Positions 20,070-30,690 of a stretch of DNA of 64,000 nucleotides are shown here, one piece after another. Under the pieces are notes generated by a model that worked only from the letters and a program-made list of their open reading frames with translations, was not told the DNA's origin and ran no database searches. Numbering within the stretch: position 1 is the first letter of the stretch; each line of letters begins with the position of its first letter. Made by a program: the position numbers and the translations under genes. Origin of the DNA: Aulosira sp. ZfuVER01. GTDB taxonomy: Bacteria > Cyanobacteriota > Cyanobacteriia > Cyanobacteriales > Nostocaceae. The stretch covers positions 1-64,000 of the forward strand of contig JAVRCV020000073.1 in assembly GCA_034530615.2 (NCBI GenBank), in the 5' to 3' direction.

Positions 20070-21428
20070 TTAATTAGGAGAAGTCATTGATACTTTATTA
20101 GATTGAATATGAGATGAATGCGGGTTTTGGCTGGGTTGCAAATGAGATGGATGAGGATTTTGCGCCGAACAAATAATATAATCACTATCAAATTTTAATA
20201 CTGCACCATCAATTGCTGCATTAGACACTGTTATCTGACGTGGTAATTCAATCCTAAACATTGAACCAACCCCCAATAGACTTTTGAGAATGATTCTACC
20301 GCCCATCATTCTGACTAAAGAATCTACGATTGCCAAACCTAAACCTGTACCTGGATATTTACGAGTAATACTTTGATCGACTTGCCGAAAAGCTTCAAAA
20401 ATTATTTTGAAGTCGTGAGCAGCTATGCCAATACCTGTATCCCGCACAGTAATTGCTACTTGATTGGAGGGAATTTCAGTCACCTCAATCCAAATATTAC
20501 CAGATTCTGTAAATTTAATAGCGTTGGAAAGTAGGTTAACTAAAATTTGTTGTACACGACTTGAGTCATTAAAAACAAGTGGATTTTGTAAGTCTATATC
20601 CACTACCAAAGACAGCTTTTTTGCTTCAGCTAAGGAACGGATTTCCGCGACTGTAATTTCAATTATCTTTGGTAAATCAAATAATTCTGGCTTTAACTCA
20701 AAACGTCCAGCTTCCAATTTAGAAAAATCTAGAACTTCATTTAATAACATCAGCAAATGTTTACCATTATTGAGGATACGTTCTACCATATCCGTTTGCT
20801 GATGAGTAAGTTGACCAAATTTAGGACGTAGCAATATTTGCGAAAAGCCAATAATGGCATTCATCGGAGTTCGCAATTCATGGGAGATAGTTGCCAAAAA
20901 CTGCGATTTTAGACGCGATGCCTCTAATAATCTTAAATTTTGTAAGTGAATTTGTTGCCTTTGTCTTTCTAATTCTTGGTTCTTACGATTTAGTTGCTCA
21001 TGACTTTCTTCAAGCTGTTGGTGCGCCAAAGTTGCTTGCATTTCAGCTCGGTGAACCCGAATGGCATTTCGCAAAACCTGTGCCAGCGTTTCGGAATTTA
21101 CCCTAGCTTTGGATAGATAGTCTGTAGCACCTGCTTTCATCAATTCAACAGCAATTTGTTCATCTTCCCTCTCAGTCAGCACTACGATTGGCACTTGAAT
21201 TTCCGAAGATCGTAACTGCTGGATTAAGGTCAAGCCATCTGCATCTGGTAAGCAATAGTTGAGAAATACACAGTCATAAGTGGTATTTCTCAGGGTAGAG
21301 AACGCATCATTGCAGACGGCTATTTCTGACAGTTCTATGGGTACACCTGCTTGAGCCAGGGCACGATGCACTGTCATGCGGTCTCCTTCATCGTCGTCTA
21401 CAACCAAAATTCTCAGCGTCTCTTCCAT
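20070..21428 (-). CDS. Hybrid receiver-histidine kinase with Asp-to-Asn at the receiver phospho-acceptor
   Basis: ILVVDDD...VFLNYCLP receiver, SHELRTPM, NAIKFT, DTGIGI, GTGLGL. Confidence 0.92.
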   Translation of the reverse strand: MEETLRILVVDDDEGDRMTVHRALAQAGVPIELSEIAVCNDAFSTLRNTTYDCVFLNYCLPDADGLTLIQQLRSSEIQVPIVVLTEREDEQIAVELMKAGATDYLSKARVNSETLAQVLRNAIRVHRAEMQATLAHQQLEESHEQLNRKNQELERQRQQIHLQNLRLLEASRLKSQFLATISHELRTPMNAIIGFSQILLRPKFGQLTHQQTDMVERILNNGKHLLMLLNEVLDFSKLEAGRFELKPELFDLPKIIEITVAEIRSLAEAKKLSLVVDIDLQNPLVFNDSSRVQQILVNLLSNAIKFTESGNIWIEVTEIPSNQVAITVRDTGIGIAAHDFKIIFEAFRQVDQSITRKYPGTGLGLAIVDSLVRMMGGRIILKSLLGVGSMFRIELPRQITVSNAAIDGAVLKFDSDYIICSAQNPHPSHLQPSQNPHSSHIQSNKVSMTSPN

Positions 21429-22014
21429 CGGCTTTTCTTTTCGCTGTCAAACACAGGTTGGTGTTGTGCATTACCGTTTTCAAACTTTTAAATTAAATAA
21501 TTTTAAATTTGAGATTGGGTAATGCTTACTATTAATTTCATCAGCGTTGCTGTTTATTCTCAACCTCGGATCAAAAAACTGGGTGTTCATTACCTCAGTA
21601 TGGATTGATTAAGGTATTTTTCTCTCCGCCATTTCCCCAATGCTAATTTATGCTCTTTTATACGCGATTTAATTAACTTAGTTGTATATTAAGTATTAAC
21701 CACTTAGTACAGAAGAACTAGGTATTTAGACTAGGAGATTTTCGATAATCTCCATCCAAATTAACTCACCACAGCTCTGCCATCATTAGCAATTAACACA
21801 AATGGCGGTCATTGAACCTCCAAAGGATACTCAGCCGATACAGAGTAACATAAAATACTTGCATCAAGCTTCAACCTAAATTCTAAATGACCAGATTAAA
21901 CCCTGTCTTCAGTCATAGGTGTGAGTTGTACACTAACAATATGTACCATAAGCTTGAGCAATTTTACTCATCAGATTGCTTGTGCCAGTTCAAGCAAAGA
22001 GCGATCGCGCACTT

Positions 22015-22416
22015 CTAACGCTCAGTGAAATCTCTACCTTTGAGGATTAATAGTATGATCCGCCCACTGCGATTTTTGATCGGGCGAATTGTGAAATCGA
22101 GTTGAGCTACTGTATTCCCTGCACCCAGGATCTCAACTTTATTAGCCACCAATTCTCCACTAGCAGCAGTAGCGATCGCCTCTCGGATTTTAGCTGGGGT
22201 TGCTTTGGTGATTTTCCACCAACTAGCTTCCCACAATGGCAAACCCAACACATCGTTGCTAGTGAGTCCACCAAAATCTAACGCCGTCTGATTAATTTCA
22301 ATCAGAATTCCATCTGGCTCCATTAAGGCCATGAACTCAAAAGTTTGGTTAAATATAGCTCGCAAGGGCCGCTCAATTTCTTCTATAGCTACTTTCGGTT
22401 GTCTGAAATTTTCCAT
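22015..22416 (-). CDS. Stand-alone PAS domain protein (possibly a truncated kinase)
   Basis: RAIFNQTFEFMALMEPDGILIEINQTAL...G.PLWEASWW...DFTIRPI...GRDFTER. Confidence 0.75.
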   Translation of the reverse strand: MENFRQPKVAIEEIERPLRAIFNQTFEFMALMEPDGILIEINQTALDFGGLTSNDVLGLPLWEASWWKITKATPAKIREAIATAASGELVANKVEILGAGNTVAQLDFTIRPIKNRSGRIILLILKGRDFTER

Positions 22417-22837
22417 TTCTTTTAATGTTTTGAGATCAAAAATATAGTATTATTTGACATTTTAATTGCACTTTTTTCGTTAAGGCTATCAAAAGTCCAG
22501 AGTCCAGAATGACTATTAACTATCCTAGCGAGTCAATATGTAAACTCTCTCGTGTTTTAGCTGATTAAATCCTCATGAGTAATCACTCACTGACAAAAGA
22601 CGAAAGAATAGGGCAGGCAGAATTTTGTCTCAATATTTCAATTTTTCTCGTAAACTATCTATACATCTCAGGCTAGATTTTTCAATATATATAGTAATAA
22701 AAATAGCAAATTTATTATTTCTCTCGGTGGATGCAGTCAAATAGAAATATCATCTATCTTTGGTGTGGGAAAAATAAATGAATACCTTACATAAGTTAGT
22801 ATTTTCCACACTGGAGTCGAAAAACGTGAGTGTCGCA

Positions 22838-23557
22838 ATGAGTGAAATTAGCATTATCTTAATAGAAGATCACGATCTCACCCGAATGGGGCTAAGAGCT
22901 GCACTCCAGTCTCAGAGTGGACTGAAGGTGATAGGAGAAGCAGCAAATGCCACTCAAGGATTACACCTTTTAGAAACCGCAAAGCCAGATGTAGCGGTTG
23001 TGGATATTGGCTTGCCAGATATGGATGGCATTGAACTCACCCGGAAATTTAAACGCCAGCAAGCTGAAACCGGGCAAGCAACCAAAATTCTCATCCTGAC
23101 AATGGATCATACAGAGGATGCAGTACTTGCTGCTTTTGCGGCGGGGGCAGACTCTTATTATATGAAAGAAACTAGTATCAGTAGATTAACGGAGGCTATC
23201 CAAGCAACTTATACAGGGAACTCTTGGATCGATCCCGCGATCGCCAACGTAGTATTGCGGAAAATGCGGCAAGGTTTGCCTGGGGAAGCACCTACAAGTG
23301 ATAAGCCAAAGACTGTGAAAATAGAAGCTTTGGCATCAGAGTACGAGCAAGTTTTGGAAACCTACCCCTTAACTCAACGTGAATTAGAGATCCTGGAATT
23401 AATTGTCGCTGGGTGTAGCAATGGCCAAATTGCCGAAAAACTCTACATCACAGTAGGTACAGTGAAAACTCACGTTCGCAATATCCTCAATAAGCTCTGT
23501 GCTGATGACCGTACCCAAGCTGCGGTTCGGGCTTTACGTTCTGGTCTAGTTGGGTAA
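22838..23557 (+). CDS. NarL/LuxR-family response regulator
   Basis: IILIEDH, VVDIGLP, and C-terminal LTQRELEIL...SNGQIAEKLYITVGTVKTHVRNIL HTH. Start could be up to 20 codons earlier. Confidence 0.95.
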   Translation: MSEISIILIEDHDLTRMGLRAALQSQSGLKVIGEAANATQGLHLLETAKPDVAVVDIGLPDMDGIELTRKFKRQQAETGQATKILILTMDHTEDAVLAAFAAGADSYYMKETSISRLTEAIQATYTGNSWIDPAIANVVLRKMRQGLPGEAPTSDKPKTVKIEALASEYEQVLETYPLTQRELEILELIVAGCSNGQIAEKLYITVGTVKTHVRNILNKLCADDRTQAAVRALRSGLVG

Positions 23558-23763
23558 GTTGAAATCCGCAGACTCAGAAAGATACAGGGACTTGGAGACT
23601 GGGAGAGCCAGGGATGCATTTTGAATAATAATTAGCTTAATCTCAAGTAGGGATTCAAGATAAACAGTCTTGACCAACTGGGATGAAGTAAAAAATGCTA
23701 CAAATTTGGCTGATGATTTTTTCAACTCATTTTTCTCAGAGATTTTTTAATCATCAAGAAACA

Positions 23764-23786
23764 TCCCACTGCTGTTAGCAGTGGGA
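23764..23786. terminator. Hairpin between convergent genes
   Basis: TCCCACTGCT-GTT-AGCAGTGGGA. Confidence 0.6.
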
Positions 23787-23801
23787 GTGGGAAAAGAATA
23801 T

Positions 23802-25166
23802 TCAACCCAATCGCGACTGCAAACAGTCAGCAATCCGTTGTGCTGCGCCTGATTTACCCATCCGCCGTATACCGTTGTCTGAAATTAATTGCAAGGTGTC
23901 AGGATTTTTGAACAAGGATTGGACTACTGTGGCAACTTTGCTTGGTTGGTCTACTAAAATCAATGATGGCCCTAAAAGGCGACTTTGAGCTTCTGCAAAA
24001 CCAGGATTATATTGAGGCCCAGACCCGGGAATGGCGATCGCAGGCTTTCCTAACCCAACAAATTGTTCTGTTGCTGTTCCTGCCATTGCGATCGCAAAAT
24101 CTGCTAAATGCAAGCAGTCGTTATAGGCATTTTGAGTCAGCATTAAATAAGCATTTTTTTGTTTAAATGTCAATACATTAGCATCGGGCAGTTGCACAGG
24201 AGGTTCAGTATGGGGACGCCAGCCTTGGGTTGTGAGAGTTTGGGTTAAGGTGTTACAGTCCAAACCAGGAGCGATCGCCCCCAGAAATACAACTGTGCCA
24301 GAAGTGTGAAATACTGAATCTCGCTCCCGGAAACTAGCGAGTAATGCAGACACAGCAACCATAATCATTTCCCAGTTATTGTAAGCCTCAGGCGCGCGGG
24401 AACCAGGAAGCAAAGTCACAACCAGAGGACGAGAAAGTTCTTGCTGTTGCACATCCGCAGTATAAAACCGTTCGCTGCGAAACGAAGGTTCCAAACCATC
24501 CATCATCGGATTTCCTAAATCAAAAGCTGGTACGTGCAACTTTTGTAATATTTCTGTCGTCAGTGAGTCTCTAGGGAAAACAGCCCGACAACGGCGACGG
24601 CTCATCAACCACCGTTCCCAAGGATGATAAATGGAACCAGAGAAGTTTTCCCACTTTGCGCCTTTATTTTTGCGTGGCAATAAACCAACTTCATCGCGTA
24701 CATAATATTCTGATTTTGCTGTTCCAACAAAAGCATAGTTAGCACCACTAAAAGTTGCAAATAATAGCGGTACTATATCTCCCACAGCTAGAATAGCTCT
24801 CTTATTGCCTAATTTTTTTTGATTACTAACCCAACGACGTACAGCTTTAATTTGGCTTAAAGTAAGTTGCAATAAACCACCACGTACATCTTTGACCAAT
24901 TGGCGACTATCCATATAAATAAAACCGCCAGAAGGCATAGTACGCACTGAACCAATTAGCGGAATCTCTAGATTTTGGTAAGCGCGTCCTTCACCCACCA
25001 GAGGTAAAGCAAAAATATCTGGTGGGTTTGATTGTTGCAACAATTCCTGCAAAATCCGGACTGCAATTATATCCTCACCATGACCATTACTTAAAACGAG
25101 TAATTGCAAACGAGAAGCCGAAGATTGCGGCTGGGAAACTACAGATAACGGGGATATATCACTCAT
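23802..25166 (-). CDS. Lipid-A-disaccharide synthase-related protein (cyanobacterial GT-B family)
   Basis: LSNGHGED, PLVGEG, LLPGSR, MAGTATEQFVGLGKP. Confidence 0.88.
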   Translation of the reverse strand: MSDISPLSVVSQPQSSASRLQLLVLSNGHGEDIIAVRILQELLQQSNPPDIFALPLVGEGRAYQNLEIPLIGSVRTMPSGGFIYMDSRQLVKDVRGGLLQLTLSQIKAVRRWVSNQKKLGNKRAILAVGDIVPLLFATFSGANYAFVGTAKSEYYVRDEVGLLPRKNKGAKWENFSGSIYHPWERWLMSRRRCRAVFPRDSLTTEILQKLHVPAFDLGNPMMDGLEPSFRSERFYTADVQQQELSRPLVVTLLPGSRAPEAYNNWEMIMVAVSALLASFRERDSVFHTSGTVVFLGAIAPGLDCNTLTQTLTTQGWRPHTEPPVQLPDANVLTFKQKNAYLMLTQNAYNDCLHLADFAIAMAGTATEQFVGLGKPAIAIPGSGPQYNPGFAEAQSRLLGPSLILVDQPSKVATVVQSLFKNPDTLQLISDNGIRRMGKSGAAQRIADCLQSRLG

Positions 25167-25499
25167 ATATTATAGGAATCCTATTTGATTTGTGAATTTA
25201 CTCGGAGATGGAAGGAACAGGCAATAGGCAAACAAAAGACGTTTTAGATATCAAACCACAGATAAATATCGGTGTTTATCTGTGTTCATCTGTGGTTCCT
25301 TTTTTTTAAGAGTCTATTATCTTCAAAACCTAAAACAGATTGCGGTAAGAAACAAAAAATCATAATTAAATGTCTGTGTAGATAAAGAGGTAGAAATGGG
25401 GATAAAAATAGCTTAAGCAGCTGGAAGTTAGTATTATCCCCGTTGACGAACCTGGCTACAAATAATTACCAGTGAATTAGGCTATATAGGCTAAATATT

Positions 25500-27647
25500 A
25501 TGCGAGTTTCTTCTGCTGCAATTTTTACTTTAGCGACATTGGCGGCTAATAATGCCACCCAGCAAGCAATGGCTGCACCTGCCACTAATGCCATTCAACC
25601 TGAAAAAGCTAGTAAATTGGTAGTTCCGATAATTGAAAACTCGCCAACACGCATAGAAGCAGTTTCAGCGCCGGAAACAGTAGTTGCTCAACAATTTTCG
25701 CAAAGTCCTGTGGTTGTGGGAAGCGGTGTTAGTAATTCCACAGTAGTGTTAACAGCGGGTAAAGGGAACAAGGGGGAGAAGAAGAATTTACAAGTTGTAC
25801 TCGCTTCTGCGTCTGTTTCTTTGGCAAAAGAGAATTCTCAAGTTAACCTTCCCATCACTCAAGCACAGAATGTTACGCCATCTGCTACTCCTCCTGCTCC
25901 TTCTACTATCGACAATAATTTAGTTGTCACAGCTACAGATGTGCAAATATTGGGAGCGAATGAGGAATTACAGCAGATAATTCGCAAGGTAATTAAAACC
26001 CAGAAAGGGGGAGATACCAGTCAAAGCCAACTGCAAAAAGATGTGGCTGCAATTTTGGATACAGGTTTATTTACCAGTGCTAATGTAAATAGCCGCATTA
26101 CTCCCACTGGGTTGAATGTAGTGTATCAGGTACAACCAGTAGTAGTGCGATCGCTCCAACTTTCTGGGGCTAAGGTGCTTACCTATCAAGTGGCGCAAGC
26201 AAAGTTTCAATCTCAAATCGGCACTGTTATTAGTCCTTCCGCACTCCAGCAAGCAGTACAACAAATTAATAAGTGGTATGCCGATAATGGTTACAACCTG
26301 GCTAGAGTGCTATCAATTAAACCCAGCCGTGAGGGAATTCTTTCTATCAATGTCGGGGAAGGCTTGGTAAGGGATATCAAGTTTCGCTTTATCAACGACG
26401 ACGGTAAAACCGTTGACAGTAAAGGTAATCCAGTAGCGGGAAGAACCAAAGCAGATTTTATTCGCCAACAACTCAAGCTCAAGCCTGGCCAAGTATTCCA
26501 AGAAAATACTGTCCGCCAAGATGTACAACAGCTATATCGCACTGGCTTATTTGAAACTGTGAATGTGGCTTTGGAAGGGGATGCGACAAAGCTAGATTTA
26601 GTTTACGAACTTAAAGAAGCTGGGGCGCGGGCTGTAAACGTGGGTGGTAGTTATAATGCTGACCAAGGTCTTATAGGTACAGTAAACTATCAAGATCGGA
26701 ATGTTGGTGGTACTAACAATAATTTGGGTGTAAATGTCGGAGTCGGGTTACGCGACTTCCAATTTGATACCAAATATACCAGCCCGTATCGAGAAACTGA
26801 CCCCGATCGCGTAGGATATACCATCAATGCCTTTCGCCGTCGGGAACTGTCGCTGACATTTGATGATAAAATTCCCCTAGCAAACGGCGATAGAGCCAGA
26901 GAAGGTCGGATTGGTGGGAGTATTAGCTTTCAACGACCAATAGACAATTGGGATACATCTTTGGGATTTAATTACAATCGCATCAGTATACGCGATCACG
27001 AAGGTAATGTTACCCCAACCGATGCTAAGGGAAATCCTCTCACTGCCAGTGGTACTGGTATTGATGACCTAACTACAGTATCTTTTACCGCCACCCAAGA
27101 CCGACGCAATAACTTCATCAATCCTACTCAAGGTTCTCTGCTCAGGCTAAGTACAGAACAATCGGTTCCCATTGGGGACGGTAAGATTTCCATGAATCGC
27201 TTGCAAGCAAATTTTAGCCAGTATGTGCCAGTACAGTTATTTAGCAGCAAACAACCACAAGTATTCGCACTTAATCTCCAAGCTGGTACAGTGCTTGGCA
27301 ATTTACCACCTTATGAAGCTTTTAACTTAGGTGGTTCTAATTCGGTGCGCGGTTACAATACTGGGGAAGTTGGCAATGGTCGCAGTTATGTGTTGGCTTC
27401 AGCCGAATACCGCTTTCCGATTGTGTCAGCGGTCGGAGGTGTGTTGTTTGCTGACTTTGCCTCAGATTTAGGTTCTGGTAGTACGGTATTAGGAGATCCA
27501 GCAGGCGCGCGGGGTAAACCAGGTAGTGGTTTTGGTTATGGGGCTGGAGTCCGCTTTGACTCACCTCTAGGCATCATCCGGGCTGACTATGGTATGAACG
27601 ACCAAGGAGAAAGCCAAGTGCATTTTGGCATTGGTCAGCGTTTTTAA
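25500..27647 (+). CDS. Omp85/BamA-family outer membrane protein (POTRA domains plus beta-barrel)
   Basis: Signal peptide, POTRA repeats, LGGSNSVRGY motif, SPLGIIRADYG, terminal GQRF. Confidence 0.95.
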   Translation: MRVSSAAIFTLATLAANNATQQAMAAPATNAIQPEKASKLVVPIIENSPTRIEAVSAPETVVAQQFSQSPVVVGSGVSNSTVVLTAGKGNKGEKKNLQVVLASASVSLAKENSQVNLPITQAQNVTPSATPPAPSTIDNNLVVTATDVQILGANEELQQIIRKVIKTQKGGDTSQSQLQKDVAAILDTGLFTSANVNSRITPTGLNVVYQVQPVVVRSLQLSGAKVLTYQVAQAKFQSQIGTVISPSALQQAVQQINKWYADNGYNLARVLSIKPSREGILSINVGEGLVRDIKFRFINDDGKTVDSKGNPVAGRTKADFIRQQLKLKPGQVFQENTVRQDVQQLYRTGLFETVNVALEGDATKLDLVYELKEAGARAVNVGGSYNADQGLIGTVNYQDRNVGGTNNNLGVNVGVGLRDFQFDTKYTSPYRETDPDRVGYTINAFRRRELSLTFDDKIPLANGDRAREGRIGGSISFQRPIDNWDTSLGFNYNRISIRDHEGNVTPTDAKGNPLTASGTGIDDLTTVSFTATQDRRNNFINPTQGSLLRLSTEQSVPIGDGKISMNRLQANFSQYVPVQLFSSKQPQVFALNLQAGTVLGNLPPYEAFNLGGSNSVRGYNTGEVGNGRSYVLASAEYRFPIVSAVGGVLFADFASDLGSGSTVLGDPAGARGKPGSGFGYGAGVRFDSPLGIIRADYGMNDQGESQVHFGIGQRF

Positions 27648-27730
27648 TCAGCCCATATCCCACTCGTAATTGATTGACGAGCAGGATATTCAGGCATTTA
27701 CTCACTCAAACCTAATTTCTAGTGATTTGA

Positions 27731-29836
27731 TTAGGCAGGCACTTTATCTTTTTGGACACGATTCCAGTGGCGATGTTGAGCGATCGCATCGATAAACGAT
27801 TTGGTAATCTCATTTGCATCGGCACTGCGAGTAGTTACAACACCCCGATCGTCTTGCATAGACGAACCTAAACGTGCAAAACCTTCAATCTCAGTAGCTT
27901 TGAGTAATTCAACGCCTTCTCCAGTGGCGGCGATCGGTTTGCAGTGCTTAAAGGCTTCATTGATGAAATGGACAGCTTCGCCATTCATCTTTAAGGCTTC
28001 AATACTTTTTGCACCACCGGGTACATACACCGCATCAAACATTACAGAAGCACTCGTCAAGAAAGTCTGATCAACCTCCAGTTCTTGACCATCGGTACTC
28101 TTGATCGCGCCCTTGAACTTCGATACAACTTCTGCCATTGCGCCAGCAGCTTTCAAAGCTCGCTTGATTGCCACGATCTGAGATGCTTCTACTCCGTCTG
28201 CTGCTAAAATTGCCACTTTTCGACCTTTGGCAGTTTTCGTTGTATTCTTTTGGCTGAGTGCCTCAGAGCTTTGTCCGTGATTTTTTACCGTAACTGAGCT
28301 TGGTGCAGCAACTCCGATGCCTTCGGCGACTCGTTTAGCTAATTCATGATCTACATGGTTGAAGCGATCTACCATCCGTTCGCGCACCCCTCGATCTCCA
28401 ACCTTGCCTAACTCAAAATGCGCCGCCGCTACGAAGTGATCCTTCTCGACAGGCGAAAGACTGTTCCAGAACAAGGTTGCTTGGCTAAAGTGGTCTTTAA
28501 AACTGGGGCTACGTTCGCGGACTTTATGCCCTTCTACGCGCTCTGGATAATGCACATACCCACCCTCAGCTTCCGAACTCACCGATGGACGATTCTCACC
28601 GAGTGAATTGGGTGAGTAGTTGACGCGGGTAGTTTTGACTTCCATTTGCATTCGTCCGTCTTGTTGGTTGTTATGGAACGGACAAACTGGACGGTTAATC
28701 GGCAGATGGACAAAATTCGGACTCCCTAAGCGATGCAGTTGGGTATCGTGGTAAGAGAACAGCCGACCTTGCAAGAGTGGATCGTCGCTGAAGTCAATTC
28801 CTGGTACAACGTTTGAGGGCTGAAACGCTACCTGCTCGGTTTCCGCAAAGAAATTATCGGGGTTGCGGTTGAGTACCATTTTGCCGATGGGACGGACAGG
28901 AACTAATTCTTCAGGAATCAGTTTGGTTGCATCCAAAATATCAAAATCGAATTTATGTTCGTCTGCTTCTTCAATGATTTGCACACCAAGTTCGTATTCT
29001 GGGTAATCACCCATGTCAATCGAGTCCCACAAATCGCGGCGATGAAAGTCGGGGTCTTTGCCGGCGAGTTTTTGTGCTTCGTCAAAGACATTGGAGTGTA
29101 CCCCTAAAAGCGGCTTCCAATGATATTTCACAAAGCGGGATTTGCCTTCTGCATTTACCCAACGGAAGGTATGCACGCCGAATCCTTGCATCATGCGGAA
29201 AGTTCTGGGGAGGGTGCGATCGCTCAAAATCCACATGATCATGTGTGTTGATTCGGGTATGAGCGAGATGAAGTCCCAAAAACTTGGATGGGCGGTTGAA
29301 GCTTGCGGCATCTCATGATCCGGTTCCGGCTTGATCGCATGAACAATATCAGGAAATTTGATCGCGTCTTGAATAAAGAAAACGGGAATGTTGTTCCCGA
29401 CTAAATCGTAGTTGCCATCTTCTGTATAGAATTTAACTGAGAATCCGCGTACATCCCGCACTGTATCCGCTGAACCACGCGAGCCGCCCACCGTTGAGAA
29501 CCGAACAAACACAGGTGTTTTGATCGATGGATCTTGCAAGAATTTTGCTTTGGTGAACTCTGCCATCGATTGATAGGGTTGGAAATAGCCATGAGCGCCC
29601 GATCCTCGCGCATGAACTACTCGTTCTGGAATGCGTTCTCGATCGAAGTGCGTCAGCTTTTCTTGAAAGTGGAAATCTTCTTTTAACGAAGGCCCCCGTG
29701 TTCCTACTTTGAGCGTATTGTCAGTATCGTTAACTTTTACACCTTGATTGGTTGTGAGTTTATCGTCTGCATCTTTACGATAGGGTTGTAGAGCTTCATT
29801 CTTAGTGTTTTCGTTAACGTGATTCTGCTCAGTCAT
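27731..29836 (-). CDS. katE: Large-subunit monofunctional heme catalase (HPII type) with C-terminal DJ-1/PfpI-like domain
   Basis: FDRERIPERVVHARG, VRFSTVGG, RLFSYHDTQ proximal Tyr motif, RKVAILAADG...FDAVYVPGG. Confidence 0.96.
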   Translation of the reverse strand: MTEQNHVNENTKNEALQPYRKDADDKLTTNQGVKVNDTDNTLKVGTRGPSLKEDFHFQEKLTHFDRERIPERVVHARGSGAHGYFQPYQSMAEFTKAKFLQDPSIKTPVFVRFSTVGGSRGSADTVRDVRGFSVKFYTEDGNYDLVGNNIPVFFIQDAIKFPDIVHAIKPEPDHEMPQASTAHPSFWDFISLIPESTHMIMWILSDRTLPRTFRMMQGFGVHTFRWVNAEGKSRFVKYHWKPLLGVHSNVFDEAQKLAGKDPDFHRRDLWDSIDMGDYPEYELGVQIIEEADEHKFDFDILDATKLIPEELVPVRPIGKMVLNRNPDNFFAETEQVAFQPSNVVPGIDFSDDPLLQGRLFSYHDTQLHRLGSPNFVHLPINRPVCPFHNNQQDGRMQMEVKTTRVNYSPNSLGENRPSVSSEAEGGYVHYPERVEGHKVRERSPSFKDHFSQATLFWNSLSPVEKDHFVAAAHFELGKVGDRGVRERMVDRFNHVDHELAKRVAEGIGVAAPSSVTVKNHGQSSEALSQKNTTKTAKGRKVAILAADGVEASQIVAIKRALKAAGAMAEVVSKFKGAIKSTDGQELEVDQTFLTSASVMFDAVYVPGGAKSIEALKMNGEAVHFINEAFKHCKPIAATGEGVELLKATEIEGFARLGSSMQDDRGVVTTRSADANEITKSFIDAIAQHRHWNRVQKDKVPA

Positions 29837-30096
29837 AAAAATCTAATTCCTGATTGTATTTAAGATGGCCCTAGAACCAATAGGAATTCAAAATAAAGCA
29901 AACCATATTTAACAAGGATTTGTGAGGAAATGATCTGTGCTTAATGCTTGTTTGCAATGGTTGACTTCTCTTTTATTACCAGATGGCCTGAGCCGACGAT
30001 TGGCTTTCACTTTCGCCATCCTAAGAAAACATTTATGTGATTGCGTCCTCCTACTGAAGGATGACAACTGTGCATTAAGAATCATTAATTAAACAT

Positions 30097-30378
30097 CTAC
30101 CTCTCAAGCTCAAACTTTAATCCTTCAATAGCTTTAAACTAAGGAAACCGAGTACAGCAGCTTGAAAGTGATTGAAGCTCAAGGTTGTAAATCCATCTAT
30201 CATCCCAGCAATCAATTTGGATGAATGGTGAGTTAATTGGTAATGCGATTACACTCAAATAAGTGTCTATGACTTCAAGCAATAAATTGTTACCTCGATA
30301 CTGAAAGCTAACCCGAAATCGGTGTAGTCAAATTGGCAGGGATTGATCTGAGGATATATCCACCATAATCTTCACCAT
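30097..30378 (-). pseudogene. Possible decayed gene remnant, weakly reminiscent of a GH65 C-terminal domain
   Basis: 94-codon frame with two internal stops: MVKIMVDISSDQSLPI*LHRFRVSFQYRGNNLLLEVIDTYLSVIALPINSPFIQI...; LP..L..F.YRG..L.V pattern seen by eye only. Confidence 0.3.
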
Positions 30379-30690
30379 CCCAGCTTCATGAGAGTGCCTC
30401 TCCAAGCAGAGCAGCTGCCGTGGCGCAGGGTAGGAAACTTACTATGTTTTACTGCTGTCTTTGCTAATCTAATAGCGACTGCTACATCATAAAAAGTCTG
30501 ATCTGCCTTACCAGACCTTTAAGGTTGCTCAGGTAGATGTCAATGTATTATTAAAAAGACAAAACTGTTGCGATAATAGGGAGGTTTTTCCCACTGAGGG
30601 GGGAAGCGATTTCTTCGGAAATGCCTTAAAACTCAGGACTCAGTACTTATCTGCTCACTCAGGACTAGGACTCAGGACTCAAAAATCTTT

